From assembly GCA_951406725.2 (NCBI GenBank), contig OX597832.1, positions 68,510,001 to 68,574,000 on the forward strand: a stretch of DNA of 64,000 nt, in the 5' to 3' direction. Of this stretch, positions 42,270 through 56,798 are shown one piece after another (the first letter of the stretch is position 1; the number at the start of each line of letters is the position of its first letter). The translations under genes and the position numbers were made by a program. The notes beneath the pieces are model-generated. The model was not told where the DNA came from, searched no databases, and was given only the letters and a program-made list of their open reading frames with translations. The DNA comes from Octopus vulgaris (lineage: Eukaryota).

Positions 42270-42352
42270 ATTATACATACATATATATACATACATACAT
42301 ATATACATATATATATATACATACATATATATATATACATACATATATATAC

Positions 42353-42383
<31 letters not shown>

Positions 42384-42487
42384 CATATATATATACATAT
42401 ACATATATATATACACACACACACACATATACATATATATATAAATATATATATATATATATGTATATATGTATATACATATATATA

Positions 42488-42586
<99 letters not shown>

Positions 42587-42686
42587 TAAAGTACTGTTCC
42601 ATGATAGAATATTCAGCAAAAAACATATTCCATCTGATGAGATATAAATATTATTTATTTTAAAGGACACAATACAGATCTTTTAA

Positions 42687-42742
42687 GTGCTACTAATAGA
42701 TTTCATATGATGAGAAATATCTCAAACATATTCATCAGGCAC
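42687..42742 (-). ncRNA. Minimal type I hammerhead; core intact, stem III imperfect
   Basis: Minus strand: GTGC-CTGATGA-ATATG..TGAGA/TCTCA..CATAT-GAAA-TCTATTAG-TA-GCAC. Confidence 0.65.
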
Positions 42743-42799
42743 AAACCACACACACACGCACATACATACACACACATAAATATATATATATATACATAT

Positions 42800-43196
42800 A
42801 TAAAATTAAATAAGAGTAGAAATTGATATCAATCAATTAAAACCAGTGGCCGAGCATATTTAAAGAAATCCGAAGATTAAATATTTTTACATACAAAATT
42901 TAGAGGATTGACCACTGAAGGTGGACAGCCTGTATGCTGGTGTTTCATAAATGACAGACTATGCGGATGATCTTGCAGATGTTTTTGTATTCATATACAT
43001 AAATTATTAACAAGTGATACTAATTAGTACATAGGTAATCGTTTTTTATTTTGTATATTTTCATTTGTCTTGCTTATTTTTACACTTTGGTTGTTTACTG
43101 AATTTTTTCTTGAGAATACATTCTCCATGGAAAATGGCGATTTTGACATCTATATCTAGCATACAGGCTGTCCACTTTTAGTGGTCAATCCTTTAA

Positions 43197-43200
<4 letters not shown>
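42800..43200 (+). mobile_element. Inverted-repeat-bounded, hammerhead-bearing element in (TA)n
   Basis: 45-bp IR arms 42896-42940 and 43156-43200; hammerhead motif at 42959-43034. Confidence 0.7.
42959..43034 (+). ncRNA. Degenerate minimal type I hammerhead
   Basis: CTATG-CGGATGA-TCTTG...CAAGT-GATA-CTAATTAG (palindromic)-TA-CATAG; two core substitutions. Confidence 0.6.
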
Positions 43201-43235
<35 letters not shown>

Positions 43236-43272
43236 AATATAATATATATAATTCAATTTAATTTTTTAAAAA

Positions 43273-43376
43273 TTCCATGTGGCTGATGAGTGCTCTAAAT
43301 TTTAAAACTGATGTAATACTTACATTGTTTAATTAAATGAAGTAGCATGAAGCGATTGTACCACACTAACTTTGGA
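43273..43376 (+). ncRNA. Minimal type I hammerhead with one core substitution
   Basis: TCCA-TGTGG-CTGATGA(43283-43289)-GTGCT...AGCAT-GAAG-CGATTG-TA-CCACA..TGGA; long stem II; stem III is a near-palindrome (ACGATCGT-like). Confidence 0.72.
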
Positions 43377-43394
43377 TATCTTTGTTGCTTATTT

Positions 43395-43441
<47 letters not shown>

Positions 43442-43530
43442 TAGATAGATAGATACAGACACACACAATCAAATGAAATAAGTAGATATATTTTAGGGCC
43501 AGGGAATATGAATTATTTCTTTTTTCTTTG

Positions 43531-43573
<43 letters not shown>

Positions 43574-43599
43574 GCATGTGTGTGTGTGTATGCTACATA

Positions 43600-43862
43600 A
43601 ATGTGCCCATGCTGTGCTGCATAAAAGTGCCCATGTAGTGCCACACAAAAGCACCTGTGCAGTGCTATGTCAAATAATACAGCCCACTCTGTAAAGTGGT
43701 TGGTGCTAGGAAGGGCATTCAGCAGTAGAGACAATGCCAAATCAGAGTACAGTCTGGAAGAGCTCCCCAGCTTGCCAGCTCTGGTCAAACTGTCCAACCC
43801 ATTCCAGTATGGACAATGGACGTTAAATGATGCTGCTGCTGCTGATGATGATGATGATGATT
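43600..43862 (+). mobile_element. RTE-tailed SINE
   Basis: gtggttggtgctaggaagggcattcagc...cgttaaatgatg. Confidence 0.75.
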
Positions 43863-44439
43863 GTATACCATGCATTTCCTGAGCGTTAGTCTCCATATCT
43901 CTATCATTTAATGTATGTGTCTATGTGTGTGCATGTATATATGCGTTTATGCCTCTAAAACACATGGCTCGATTACATATGTGTGAATGAATGCGCATGT
44001 ATTTGTTTTGTTGCAATTACCCTAGAATATACTGTCCATTATTTTTTTCTATAATTAAAGCAGAAAATAATAAAAACAAAAAACAAAAACATATTACAAA
44101 GCCAGCATTGTCACCAAAGGAGAAAAATCATTTCCACAAAGAAGGGTGAGCAGTGAATATTTATGGCAATACTAATATGCCATTTTAAAATAAACAAACA
44201 CATGTATATATATATATATATATATATACATGCATGTATACATAGTCATCAATGGTACATGTGTGTGAACTATACACACACACACATACATACACACACA
44301 GTACATAATATTTACCGCATGTCACAAGCTAATAAGTGAATTGGTAAATAGTTTTATGACCATTGACAATATGGTATCTTTCTTTCATTTCCTGGGGTTA
44401 TGTATATAATACACACACACACACACATATATATATATG

Positions 44440-44514
<75 letters not shown>

Positions 44515-44673
44515 AATAAACTACAGGTGAGAGAAAAGTAGCCAAAGAAAATATAGTTTATTTTATGCCTTACTTAACTTATTAGATGTCTACTATTGAT
44601 TTTGAAAATCTCCAGGGGACATTTTGTTTTATGTTTCATTGTTACTGTTTCTTTCTCTGCATTGTAAAAATAT

Positions 44674-44711
<38 letters not shown>

Positions 44712-45036
44712 CGAAATTTTTCAATCATATGTACACACTGACACACATACAGGCATATATACACATATATAAATATATATACATATACAGATACATTCAT
44801 ATATACACAAAGACATATAAATGTATTTCTGTAGGTGTATGTGTATACAAAGGAAATTCATAAATGCATATGCAATTATCTGTATGTATACATATACGTG
44901 TGTATTTGTGTGTGTTTGTATGATATATATATATATATATATATACGATCACATACATATATATACACATACACATATATAGACATATTTATATATATGC
45001 ATACATATTTATATATACATATGTATGTGTATATAC

Positions 45037-45077
<41 letters not shown>

Positions 45078-45104
45078 CATGCTCATACATACATACATAC
45101 ACAT

Positions 45105-45215
<111 letters not shown>

Positions 45216-45906
45216 TACATACATATAATATATACATACATATACACTCACGCATACCTACACATATGCACATATCCTGGCAAACTTCCAAGAAACCCAC
45301 TAGAACAGATCTTTGAACATCTTTCCATGGCTAAAACATTTCTAAAATGGTCAATTTGTGATAGACTCTAAATGATATAGAATTTAACACATCAATAAAT
45401 GGTACTGGCTCTTAGAACTCTTAATAATGCCACTAAACATTTTTACTATTTCTTTTTTTCATGTTTTACTTGGTCTATTAGTTTAAGACATTCTTACAAC
45501 TTCTTCATAGAATATTCACACTGAAGATAATGATTTTGGAGGAAAAAACCCCAAGATCTTAATCCTTTAAGCATGATATATTAGATGAAAGAGCTTCAGT
45601 AAAGTCTGATATCTTTTGCTTCTTCATTTATCACAGCGTTGTTTTATGCATAATAGGATTGCTAACTTTGGAATAATTCAGTAATAAATTTAATGCTAAA
45701 GAAAGCCATTGGATATACATATTCTTTGTTATTGAAACCAAAAAAAATAAACTATCATACTCATTCACTTTTTCTCTCACATGCTTGTGCATCTAAACAC
45801 ACACACACACACAAACACGTGTGCATGAATATATATAATTATACACATATGTATATATATATATGTATATGTATATACATACATATATGTATTTGTGCAT
45901 TATATA

Positions 45907-45943
<37 letters not shown>

Positions 45944-45965
45944 GTATTTGTGCATTATATATATA

Positions 45966-46031
<66 letters not shown>

Positions 46032-46142
46032 AACACACACACACACATTTATATAGGTCGTTTTTCTTTGTATGTCTGAAGAATCACATGATTCAGCCTA
46101 TAAATATTGTGCTTGTATATATATCATACTTTCATTCTCTAT

Positions 46143-46189
<47 letters not shown>

Positions 46190-46796
46190 TATATATATAT
46201 GCATATTGCTGAATGTAAGTATATATTTGCATATATTTATACACACACGCACATATGCACACAGACACACACACACACACACATACACACACACACTGAC
46301 AATGATACAATCACATTCTATATATCTTGTGCATTACCTCACATGCTTATTACAAAAATAAATAAATAAATCTGAGAGAAGAATGAGTATCTCTCTTATT
46401 AAAATTACAAAAAAATATGATGATAATAATGATAATAATTTGCTGATGTGTATGAAAGACGTACGTGCAATCATGTATGAGTGTATACAAGCATTATATA
46501 CTAAAATATATGAATAAATTCCTTTTTACTTCAAGTACAATTTACCAAAAGAAACACCTAAAAAGAAAATGTATATATTTACATAGGTATTGAATATAAC
46601 AAGAGAATGAATGTAACAAACATTTTCTATGGTTGCACAGAAGAAATCAAATTATAAATTTAAACTTAGAAAAACAAAATGAAACATGAAAATAAAAAAA
46701 TAATAATAAAGCACACGTATTTTTGCATTTGAAAGCATGCATATAACTGTCTATACATTTTCTCAGGAAGATTTATAGTTTATATGCATATCAATA

Positions 46797-46831
<35 letters not shown>

Positions 46832-47639
46832 ACACATGAAGAAAAATAGAATCCTTTCAGCATAACTTAATGTATTATATTGCATTCTGCAGAAAATTCT
46901 TTTCAATCGTAATCTAAGAAAAATACAATATTTTTGAAGAACTGTTTTGAAATAATATAATAATTTTTTACAATTTTACAATACGGTGTATTTTTTTCAA
47001 AGTGCTTTGGACGTGTGGCTGCTGCATCTATTACTAAGCATGTGATACAAATATGCAAATATGAATGGTGTAAGCATTCTACCTCCACAAAAATTGTTAA
47101 GGTTCCTGCTGAAATTGATCTCATAATTTGAAACAGTTTGATATTTTGAATTGGAATATACCTTAAAGAACATGTAGAAGGGAATGGGAAAAAAAATGGA
47201 ATGTTGTTTCCAAAGATACTCTAAAACAAATGCAGAGCATTAAAATTATTTCATATTCAGTCTAAAATGCTCTGAAACATTTCCAGTAATGGTAAGTAAT
47301 CACACTTATACACATATATGTGTGTATGGGATGGTATGTATGTATGTGTGTGTATGGGATGCTGTGTATGTGTGTGTGCAGGAAGGTATAAATATAGCAC
47401 ACACTCATACACAGTGGAATTCCTTCAGTTTCCATCTAAAAAATCCACTCACAAACCTGTGATTAACCTCAGACTATAGTAGAGATACATGTGCCATGCA
47501 GTGGGACTGAACACAAAACCACATGGTTGGGAACTTGACTTTGTTAAGCACATTGAGCCTTTAAAAGGCCAACCAAGCACTATGCATATATATATGTGCA
47601 TATATGTGTATAGGCATGTACATGTATTGATATGTATAT

Positions 47640-47965
47640 GAGACCCCCTCCTTCGGTCATGACTGACTGTAGGATTGCACCTAGAAAGTTAACACCCAGG
47701 CACAAGTCCAGACAAGGTTGTTTATGCAGTTGCCCATGCATACCGGCCTCCCCTCTCCATGCCACTGATGTTATCCAAGGGAAAGGCAACAGTAGATACA
47801 GCTTGGCACCTGTGACGTTGCAACTCATTTCTACAGCGGAGTGAACTGGAATAATGTGAAATAAAGTGTCTTGCTCAAAACACAACACGCAGCCCGGTCC
47901 GGGATTCAAACTCACTACCTCATGATCGTAAGCTTGACGCTCTAACCACTGAGCCATGCGCTGTC
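47640..47965 (-). mobile_element. tRNA-derived SINE with a CORE-like segment
   Basis: Minus strand: A box TGGCTCAGTGG, B box GAGTTTGAATCC, then ttgagcaagacactttattt. Confidence 0.8.
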
Positions 47966-48092
47966 ACACATGAATTGATATATATATATATATATATATA
48001 TATGGTTGAAATTTACAGAAAAACAAAAGATGAAGGCAGGTGTATAAACAACAAGCAGTTGTAATAGTTTGACGCTCAGGAAATTGACAAAG

Positions 48093-48131
48093 TCCTTTAT
48101 GTTTCGAGCCTATGCTCTTCAACAGAGAGGA
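48093..48131 (-). ncRNA. Degenerate very short hammerhead of Penelope type
   Basis: Minus strand: TCCTCT-CTGTTGA-A-GAGC ATAG GCTC-GAAA-CA-TA-AAGGA, inside a (TA)n-flanked insert at about 48003-48175. Confidence 0.45.
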
Positions 48132-48175
48132 ATATGATGAAATAAAGAGAGAGAGAATAAAAGGAGAAATTTATT

Positions 48176-48212
<37 letters not shown>

Positions 48213-48279
48213 ATATATACTATATATATATATATAAAATACAAAATGGGACAAGAATGCAAAACATTCAGACAGTTAG

Positions 48280-48334
<55 letters not shown>

Positions 48335-49019
48335 TGTATTTTTAAAAAGTCATTAGAATAAATCTTGATACAGCCAAATTAACTGAAGAAAAGTTTCCTC
48401 AAATGAAAAATTATTAATTATATAAAAAGAAAACAAAAAAAAATTAGATAAAACAGTCTTAAACAATTCTTTTGGAAAGAAGTGTACATAATGTGTGAGT
48501 GTTTTCACTGTTTATAGCTTTTAAAATGCATGTTATAGAGTGATTAGTATAGAGGAAGATGCTTTTAGTAACAACTAAAAAAGAACTTATACAATATGAA
48601 CACTTTTTCATAAATACTTGTTATTCTGTTCACTCTAAAATTTTTATAAGTTTTCTAATTTTTCATTTAAGAAAATATTTTGTAATATATAAGTGTGATA
48701 TATGTCTCATGATCATCATTATTACCATTTAACGACCGTTTTCCATGCTGTCATGGATTGAACATTCTAACAGGAGCTAGCAAAGTTAGGAAAAGCACCA
48801 TATTTCATTGTTTTGTCTTGGCTTTTACAGTTGGATGCACTTTCTAACACCATCTCTTTTTCAGAGGGTACTGCATGTTTTGTATGTGTCACCAGCAATA
48901 GTGCTTTTCATGTGGCACCATATATATATATATATAAAACATCTATTTCTAATCATGCATATAGATATACATATATATATCATTTTTAGAAAACTCTGAG
49001 AAGTAGAGCCGTCTATGTT

Positions 49020-49253
49020 TTTACTGGAGAAAGCCAGTGTATGGGGTTACCCTGGGTTTCCCATTCATCAAAGGTTTAACTTTATGGTGTATCATCAGAT
49101 CCCATGTTTACATTTGGAACAAAGCTTTTCCCTTCCATATTTTAAAGAGGTATTAGGCCTTCAGGTCTTGGGATCTGACAATACACCATAAAGTTAAACC
49201 TTTTATGGATGGGAAACCCAGGGTTACTCCACAAACCAACGTTCATCAGTAAA
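49020..49253. repeat. Imperfect ~85-bp inverted repeat next to (TA)n
   Basis: Arms 49020-49104 and 49169-49253 (ccctgggtttcccat..ggtttaactttatggtgtat..tcagatccca). Confidence 0.9.
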
Positions 49254-49266
49254 TATACATACATAC

Positions 49267-49375
<109 letters not shown>

Positions 49376-49853
49376 TTAAGGAATAAATTATTATTTAAAC
49401 ATTACAGGTAAAATTCAGTATAATAATATTAGACCGAATTTCATAATATATAATATATAATATATGTATATAACTAATTTAGAGATGAACCACCATTTCA
49501 CAACTCAATCAATTAAGAACCCGTCCAAAACCATGCTGTGAGACATATACCATGCGAAATACTAATCAAAAATTTTAATAATATATAATATTGAACAGTA
49601 AGATTATTACAATCATATAATATATAAGAGCAAATACTTTTAGAATCACAGTGAATATCATACAAAGAAAACATTCAACATAAAAATATTAATCTAAAAT
49701 TAAATAAGGTATAAATTGAACAATGAAAATAATTAATACAATAATATAATGTATAAAAGTAAGTACTTGTACATTGACTACGTGCATTTCATTGCTGAAA
49801 TAGGACTATATAAAATCATATAACAAACCATATCCTAGTTCATTAGAACATTC

Positions 49854-49895
<42 letters not shown>

Positions 49896-49992
49896 CTTAC
49901 ATAATACATACATATATGTATATATGTATATATATATATACACACATACATATATATATAGACACGCAGATACACACATATATATATATATA

Positions 49993-50031
<39 letters not shown>

Positions 50032-50533
50032 GCATACATATATATACATACACACACACACACATATATATATATATGTATTGCTGCTGAATGAGTGTTT
50101 TTCTTTTTATAATGATATAATGTACTAATTGATTAATTAAAAAATTTGTCCAAAATGCCTGTAGTGAATTGACCCTTATCCATCAACTGATACTTATTTA
50201 TAATTCACCTCTCTTAAAACCTGCCCCTCGTGTGTCGTACAGATATTAGGGACTGTATATTTAATAAAATGTTTCTGCATAGCTCAAGGGTTGATGATAT
50301 ACTCAGTTGCGTTCAATTAATTGCATTACACAACCTGAGTACCCTTCTACCTGTACTTCTGTACTGAAGCTGGCATTCAGCTATAATTACTGTGTATGCC
50401 TTTTATTCTTACCTAACCCACTACCTTACCTTTAACCACCCTATTCAACTGAGTCTTGGCATATAAACATAAAATATGTATATATACACACATGCTATAT
50501 ATATTTATCTATCTCCGTATACATACACACAGT

Positions 50534-50593
<60 letters not shown>

Positions 50594-53264
50594 CACAAAT
50601 AATTAGATTAAAGTAAAGTTACTTTTTGGTTTCTAAACTTCCGCTAAAAATGATAAAATGATATTTTAGTAATTGCAGTCTAGCAAGTAAGTCTCCAAGA
50701 GTAAATTATTGTTTTAACCAGAGAAACACTTGATGGAAAATGCACAAAGAAAAAAAATCAATGAAACCAACACATCATAAGAAGGAAAATCACAAAAATC
50801 ATTTCTTTCTTTTATTATTTTTTTTTAACCATAACGAGAATTAATATCTCATATCATAGTGGCCCAGTTGTTGCATTTGAGACTTCACCACTTCACACTA
50901 CAGCACACATACATGTAGAGTATCTCATATGAATACACACATGGAGAGACAATCTTGTAAAGGTGTACACAAAATGCACACCCTATTTTGGCCCAGAGCT
51001 TCTGTGATTGTTCCTGTTCAACCAATGTCTTTTCACTGGTTGATCTATGAACAATTTCAAGTTTGGCTTTGTACCAGTACTATGCCCTAGGCAATCACTT
51101 TTGCCACTAAAATCTAGGAACAACATATAAATTCATATACATATATAAATACATACATACTTACTAATTCATATACCTGCATACATACACACATATAAAT
51201 TCATATACATATACACATATATAAAATATATCATCTTTGTCGTCATCTTTTAATGTTCACTTTTCCATGCTTCTCATGGGTTGAAAAGAGTTTATTTAAA
51301 GCAGATTTTCTAGAGTAGTGTACCTGTTCTCTCCCCACCATCACCTGTTCCCATTCGAGGTAATATTTTCCCTAGGTTCTCAATAGGTATTGAAAAAGAA
51401 TGCATGACCCTGCTTCTACAACAGTAACAATTATATACGACTCTCAGCTGATGTCAAGACAAGGAAACACAGGCACTCACACACACATGTATATATACAT
51501 ATATATACACACACACACGAGGGGCTTCCTTCACTTTCCGTCTGAATCCACACATGAGGCTAAGGTTCACCTGGACTACAGTAGAAGACACTTGGCCAAT
51601 ATGCCATGCAGCAGGATTGAACCTGCAACTATGTGATTGGTAAGCAAACTTCTTGCTACACAGCCACACCTGCATTGATGTGTGCATGCTTGTGTGCATG
51701 TGATCATGATTTCAATGTCTTCTTTTCTATGACTGCATGGATGAGACAAGAATTTTGTAGGATTGGATGCTTTTCTTGACAGCACCCATTAGCCTGTTTT
51801 CAAACAAGGCAAAGATCTATCAAGCTACAACCTGAACATGTATACATGAAGAACTGGAAACAAATGACACTGTACAAATGAGCCTTTTGTTCACAGCCAA
51901 CATAAACACATGAACATTCATGCATAAAGAAACTCATAAAAATACATATGCACATACATACGATAGGTTCCTTACAGATCCAATCAAGCAAACCACCCAC
52001 AAGGCTTTGGTTGGCTTAAAAATATAACAGGTGACACTTGCCCAAGGTGTGACCTAGTTGGACTGAGCAGGACTGAACATAGAGCCATGTGGCTGGAAAG
52101 AAAGCAACGTAATGTGTGTGTGTGTGTACTATAATCATTTCACTATCATTTAACATTCATTTTCTATCCTGTCGTGGGTTGGATGGTTAAACAGGAGCTT
52201 GCAAGCTAAAGGACTGCACCAAGCTCTATTCTTTGGCCTGCTTTCTACAGTTTACATTTCCCTACTAAAATACTATTAAACCAAATTTTCTTCCTGTCTC
52301 CATTTACTCATCATGCTTCTTATTTAATAACCACAAACTTGTATTTTCTTTTTCTTTTGTTTTTCTTGTTTTGTTTTGCCATTCCTTTTCTTCTCTTCAT
52401 CTTGACAATGAGCAACTCTCTGAAATGTCAGTAAATCTTCTTACACTTTTCTGCTCAATATCTTGCATTGACTGTCCTGTTCATTGGATTAAAATATTTG
52501 TTTGGTTCACAATACAACCTGAATAAATATATTAACCATGATGATGCCAACGAAACTCAGATTATGCTGATACCAGATTAGTATTAAAAACGATTTTTTA
52601 AAAAATAGCAAACAACAAACAAACAAATCTATTCTGTTGCTTTTTGTTTAGTGAATGGGAGCTAATTGCATTTCAATTAGAAACTAACGAAGAATTACCA
52701 GACATTGGACAGTGCATTCTTGCAGATACACTTCACCCTGTAACACACACAAGGCCTGTCTGCCTACGTTCTGTCTACTATAAAGGCCTCTCTTCATTTG
52801 GAACATTATAGCTGCATTCAGACCTATTCACACAGCTTCTGCTGCCTTCCACCATCCAAACTCTCTCTCTCTCTCACACACACACACATACACACATATA
52901 CACATGGATAATTTTTGATATTTCTTTTGGGTTTTTATCTTCTTTGTTCAAACTCTACCAAGCTCAGTCTCTTGGGTCAATGACATCCACTGGCTTCCAT
53001 TCCAAAACTTTCACTCCTTGTGCCTGCAGCAGTAAAGATGGTAATACTTATTACTAAGACAATGAGCTGGCAGAACTGTTATTGTGCTGGACAAAATATT
53101 CACCAGCACCTTTTTGACTCTATTCTCTGAGTTCAAATGCTACAAAGGTTAACTTTGCCTTACATCAAGTTTGGTAAAATAAACACCAGGAAAGCATCGG
53201 GGTCCACATATTTGACTTCTCCCAAGTGCTGGCCTTGTGCCAAAATTAGAATGTCTTACAATCA

Positions 53265-53490
53265 TTATTACTTCCACATAAGCGAAGGCAGATGTATTGT
53301 TTTCAGTCGTATTTGGTTGTCTGTGGATAAGTTCTTGAATTCATCCATCAAGAACTGTTTGATGGATTTGGATGAAACTTTCACAGATGTTTGGCCTTAT
53401 GACTGGCACAGTATCATTAGATTTTGGGATCGATCCAGTACCAGACATGGACTCTGGATTATTTTTTATATTTTCTTTACTTTACATGTA
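53265..53490 (+). mobile_element. HINE/DINE-1-like (Helentron-associated) element fragment
   Basis: ttattacttccac..ggcagatgtattgttttc subterminal hairpin, gtctgt, and gatggatttggatgaaactttca, typical of these elements. Confidence 0.55.
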
Positions 53491-53914
53491 TATATAAAGT
53501 TTCACATAATTCTCTTGTACATGCACACACACACATAATATCAGTTTTGAATATCACCATCCCATTTCCATTGTGTACACACACACACGCATGAAAACAT
53601 ACCTCTCTTTTACACACAAATATACTCACACTTCAAATACCGTTTATCAGCTTTTTCACTCCTTCCTTCATTATTCATCTACCACCTCATCCTTTCTCAT
53701 TCATATGATACTCTCTTTGCCACTTCATTTCATCTTTCTTATTGTCATTACTTTCTCTTACTCCCTCTCAGTCATGGCTATTACTCTCACCACTTGTCTT
53801 TCTCTGTATTAGTTTTTCATCTCCTCTCCCTTCACCTCTCACTCAATATATATATATATTTGGATTATTTGCCAAGGGTGTAAACCTTTTGTAACAGATT
53901 TACTCAGTACTCTA

Positions 53915-53997
<83 letters not shown>

Positions 53998-53999
<2 letters not shown>

Positions 54000-54540
54000 G
54001 TGAGAGAGCAGTGCATGTCATCAAAGAGACACTGGTGTACAATATACGAAGCCCCAATAACCCATCATGACTACCCGTCTGATAAGGGTACACCAGACAC
54101 ATGCATCACAACCATATGTGTGTGACATGGTAATCTCATATCAAGATAAACAGCACATGACCTTGCAGGTGGGGCCCAGTTAGAATTTTCTTCTGGTCAA
54201 GTACCCATCCTGCTCAAAAGGTCCCTGAGTAAGGGTTGTTCAAGGATGTTGAATGAAACACCCATGTTTCCAAAAGTGAATTATTCAAACCCCTCTCAAC
54301 ACATGGCTATGATGCTCCCTCACTACTTCTGCTCGTAATCAGAGATGCACATATCGTCAGCCACCAAGGGACATGGTCAACTGGTTAAGGTCAAGCAAGT
54401 AACAAGCAAATTTGTGGTATTCAGCAGAATATTTGCTGTAGCCCATCTTTTATTCCAAGACAAAACAATTTACATAATAACACTTCCAATCAGTTAAGAT
54501 CAGAAGCCATGAGAGCCACTGCCTGGTACTGCACCAGGGC
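53998..54540 (-). mobile_element. (TAA)n-embedded element, copy 5
   Basis: Reverse complement of copy 3, including the gccctg 5' end; (ATT)n on both sides. Confidence 0.92.
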
Positions 54541-54548
54541 ATTTATTA

Positions 54549-54604
<56 letters not shown>

Positions 54605-54607
54605 TAT

Positions 54608-54835
54608 TGTCTTTGCACAGCTTATAACAGTGAAGATGTACTATCGTGCCAGCTGTTCACTACCAGTGAACTAAGGAAACACCCCTAATTTTTTGAGTAC
54701 CACCTGGAGTTCGAAGCAGTGCTGTTTTCTGCAATTATTCCACCCTTATTGCAGCCCCTATTTGTTTCATGTACTTCTCAAGATTTTACTCACTTTTTCC
54801 AGGTCTCCAATAGTTATTGGTACTACTACCACCTT
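54608..54835 (-). mobile_element. 3' stub of another R4/Dong-type family
   Basis: Minus strand: VVVPITIGDL..LEKYMKQIG..LQKTALL, then 3' UTR and (AAT)n. Confidence 0.75.
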
Positions 54836-54955
54836 TTCCAACAATGACACCATTATTGGTTGGCTGGTTAGTTGGTTGGCACTCCGTCGGTTACAATGTT
54901 GAAGGTTCCAAAATGTATGTATCTATCTATATTTATCTATCTACATATGTGTGTA

Positions 54956-54989
<34 letters not shown>

Positions 54990-55029
54990 TATATAGATAG
55001 ATACATAGATATAGATATATATGTATGTG

Positions 55030-55403
55030 ACACTCCATCTGTTACAGCGACGAGGGTTCCAGTTGATCCAATCAATGCAACAGCCTGTTCATGAAATTAA
55101 CGTGCAAGTGGCTGACCCCTTGACAGACACGTGTACCCTTAACGAGATTCAGCATGTCCCAGAGTATGATAAAGCTGGTCCTTTGAAATACAGGTTCAAC
55201 AGAAACCGGAAGAAAGAGTGAGAGAAAGTTATGGTGAAAGAGTACAGCAGGGTTCACCCCCACCCCCTCCCACTGTTGGAGCCTTGTGTAACTTTAGGTG
55301 TTTTCACTCAGTAAACACTCACAATGCCTGGTCTGGGAATCAAAACAGTGATCCTACGACCACGAGTCTGCAGCCCTAACCACAAAGCCATTGCGCCTCC
55401 ACA
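55030..55403 (-). mobile_element. tRNA-derived SINE (family D)
   Basis: Minus-strand head gtggaggcgcaatggc..gtggttagggc..gattcccagacc; body shared with 9335-9655. Confidence 0.75.
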
Positions 55404-55412
55404 ACACCATTA

Positions 55413-55453
<41 letters not shown>

Positions 55454-56003
55454 GAAGCAAGCTAGCAGAATTGTTTGCATGCCAGGGAAAATCTTAAGCA
55501 GTGTTTCATCCATCATCACGTTCTGAGTTCAAATTCCTCCGTGGTCAACTTTGCCTGTCCTCCTTACAAGGTTGATAAACTAAATACTAGTCAAGCATTG
55601 GGATCGATGTGATAGACTTCCCCATCCCTTCACCAAAATTAGAAAGAAATATTCTTCTTATTGTTATTCTCATCCTCATCAAGTGTTAGGAGCATCAAGG
55701 CATCAGTATTTGTGATATCTTTGCTTGACATTTTCTTGGGTTCATTTTGAATTTCTTCTTTTTGAAGGAAGATTCAGATAAATGATAAATTAGAGGAATT
55801 CACTTCAACAGAATTAACTCCAAGACCCCTGAACGTGAGGCTCCAGCATGGCCACAATATCAAGACATAGTTACATCTAGGTGGGTGAGATGTTCACTCC
55901 ACAACCTCTTGCTTCTGAGTTCAATCTCACTGCTTGGTACCTAAGGGGTTTCTCTTTCATTTGCTCAGCAGATTTAAGGGTCTTAGCCCTTATCTTAGCC
56001 CTC

Positions 56004-56300
56004 ATCATCATCATCGTTTAACGTCCGCTTTCCATGCTAGCATGGGTTGGACAATTTGACTGAGGACTGGAGAACCAGATGGCTGCACCAGGCTCCAATC
56101 TTGATCTGGCTGAGTTTCTACAGCTGGATGCCCTTCCTAACACCAACCACTCCGAGAGTGTAGTGGGTGTTTTTACGTGCCACCAGCACAAGGGCCAGTC
56201 AGGCGGCACTGGCAATGGCCATGCTCCAATGGTGTTTTTTACATGTCATCTGCACAGGAGCCAGTCCAGCTGCATGGCAACGACATCACTTGAATGTTAC
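56004..56300 (-). mobile_element. RTE-tailed SINE
   Basis: catcatcgtttaacgtccgctttccatgctagcatggg...ggatgcccttcctaacaccaaccactcc. Confidence 0.85.
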
Positions 56301-56729
56301 TTGTTTCTATCATTGGGCTGCAACCATTCTGAGGCACAGCCTTGACGGCTTTCTTCAAACTAATTGACACCTGTATGAAAATGTTTCAAGCGTTCAAGTT
56401 AGCTTCTTAGTCTCTTTTGCCAAACTGCAATGATATGGGGACATAAATAAACAGTCACCAGTTGTCAAGTGGTGGTGTGATGGTGGGGGACAAAGAAAAA
56501 AGCACATATGCACACGTGCAGACACACACAAACACACACACACATGACAGGCTTCTTACAGTTTCCATCAAAGAAATCTACTTATAAGATTTTGGCTGGC
56601 CTGAAGCTATAATAGAAGACACTTGCCCATAGTCCCATGCAGTAATATGGAACCAGGAACCATGTTGGTGAAAAGCAAACTTCTTCCCACATAGCCACTC
56701 CTACACCTTGTGTGTATGTGTGTGTGCGT

Positions 56730-56798
<69 letters not shown>

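Noticed and set aside
47253-47283. Plus-strand micro-exon candidate (ttcag|...|gtaagt)
   Set aside because: Only 31 nt with no supporting neighbours; expected by chance.
47880-47965. tRNA-like sequence
   Set aside because: It continues into a SINE body and lacks a proper acceptor stem and terminator; it is a SINE head.
49770-49855. Possible decayed hammerhead (CTAATGA...GAAA TGCACG TA); similar partial motifs at 14667, 33885 and 52400
   Set aside because: Stems are too weak or half the motif is missing, so they were not counted.
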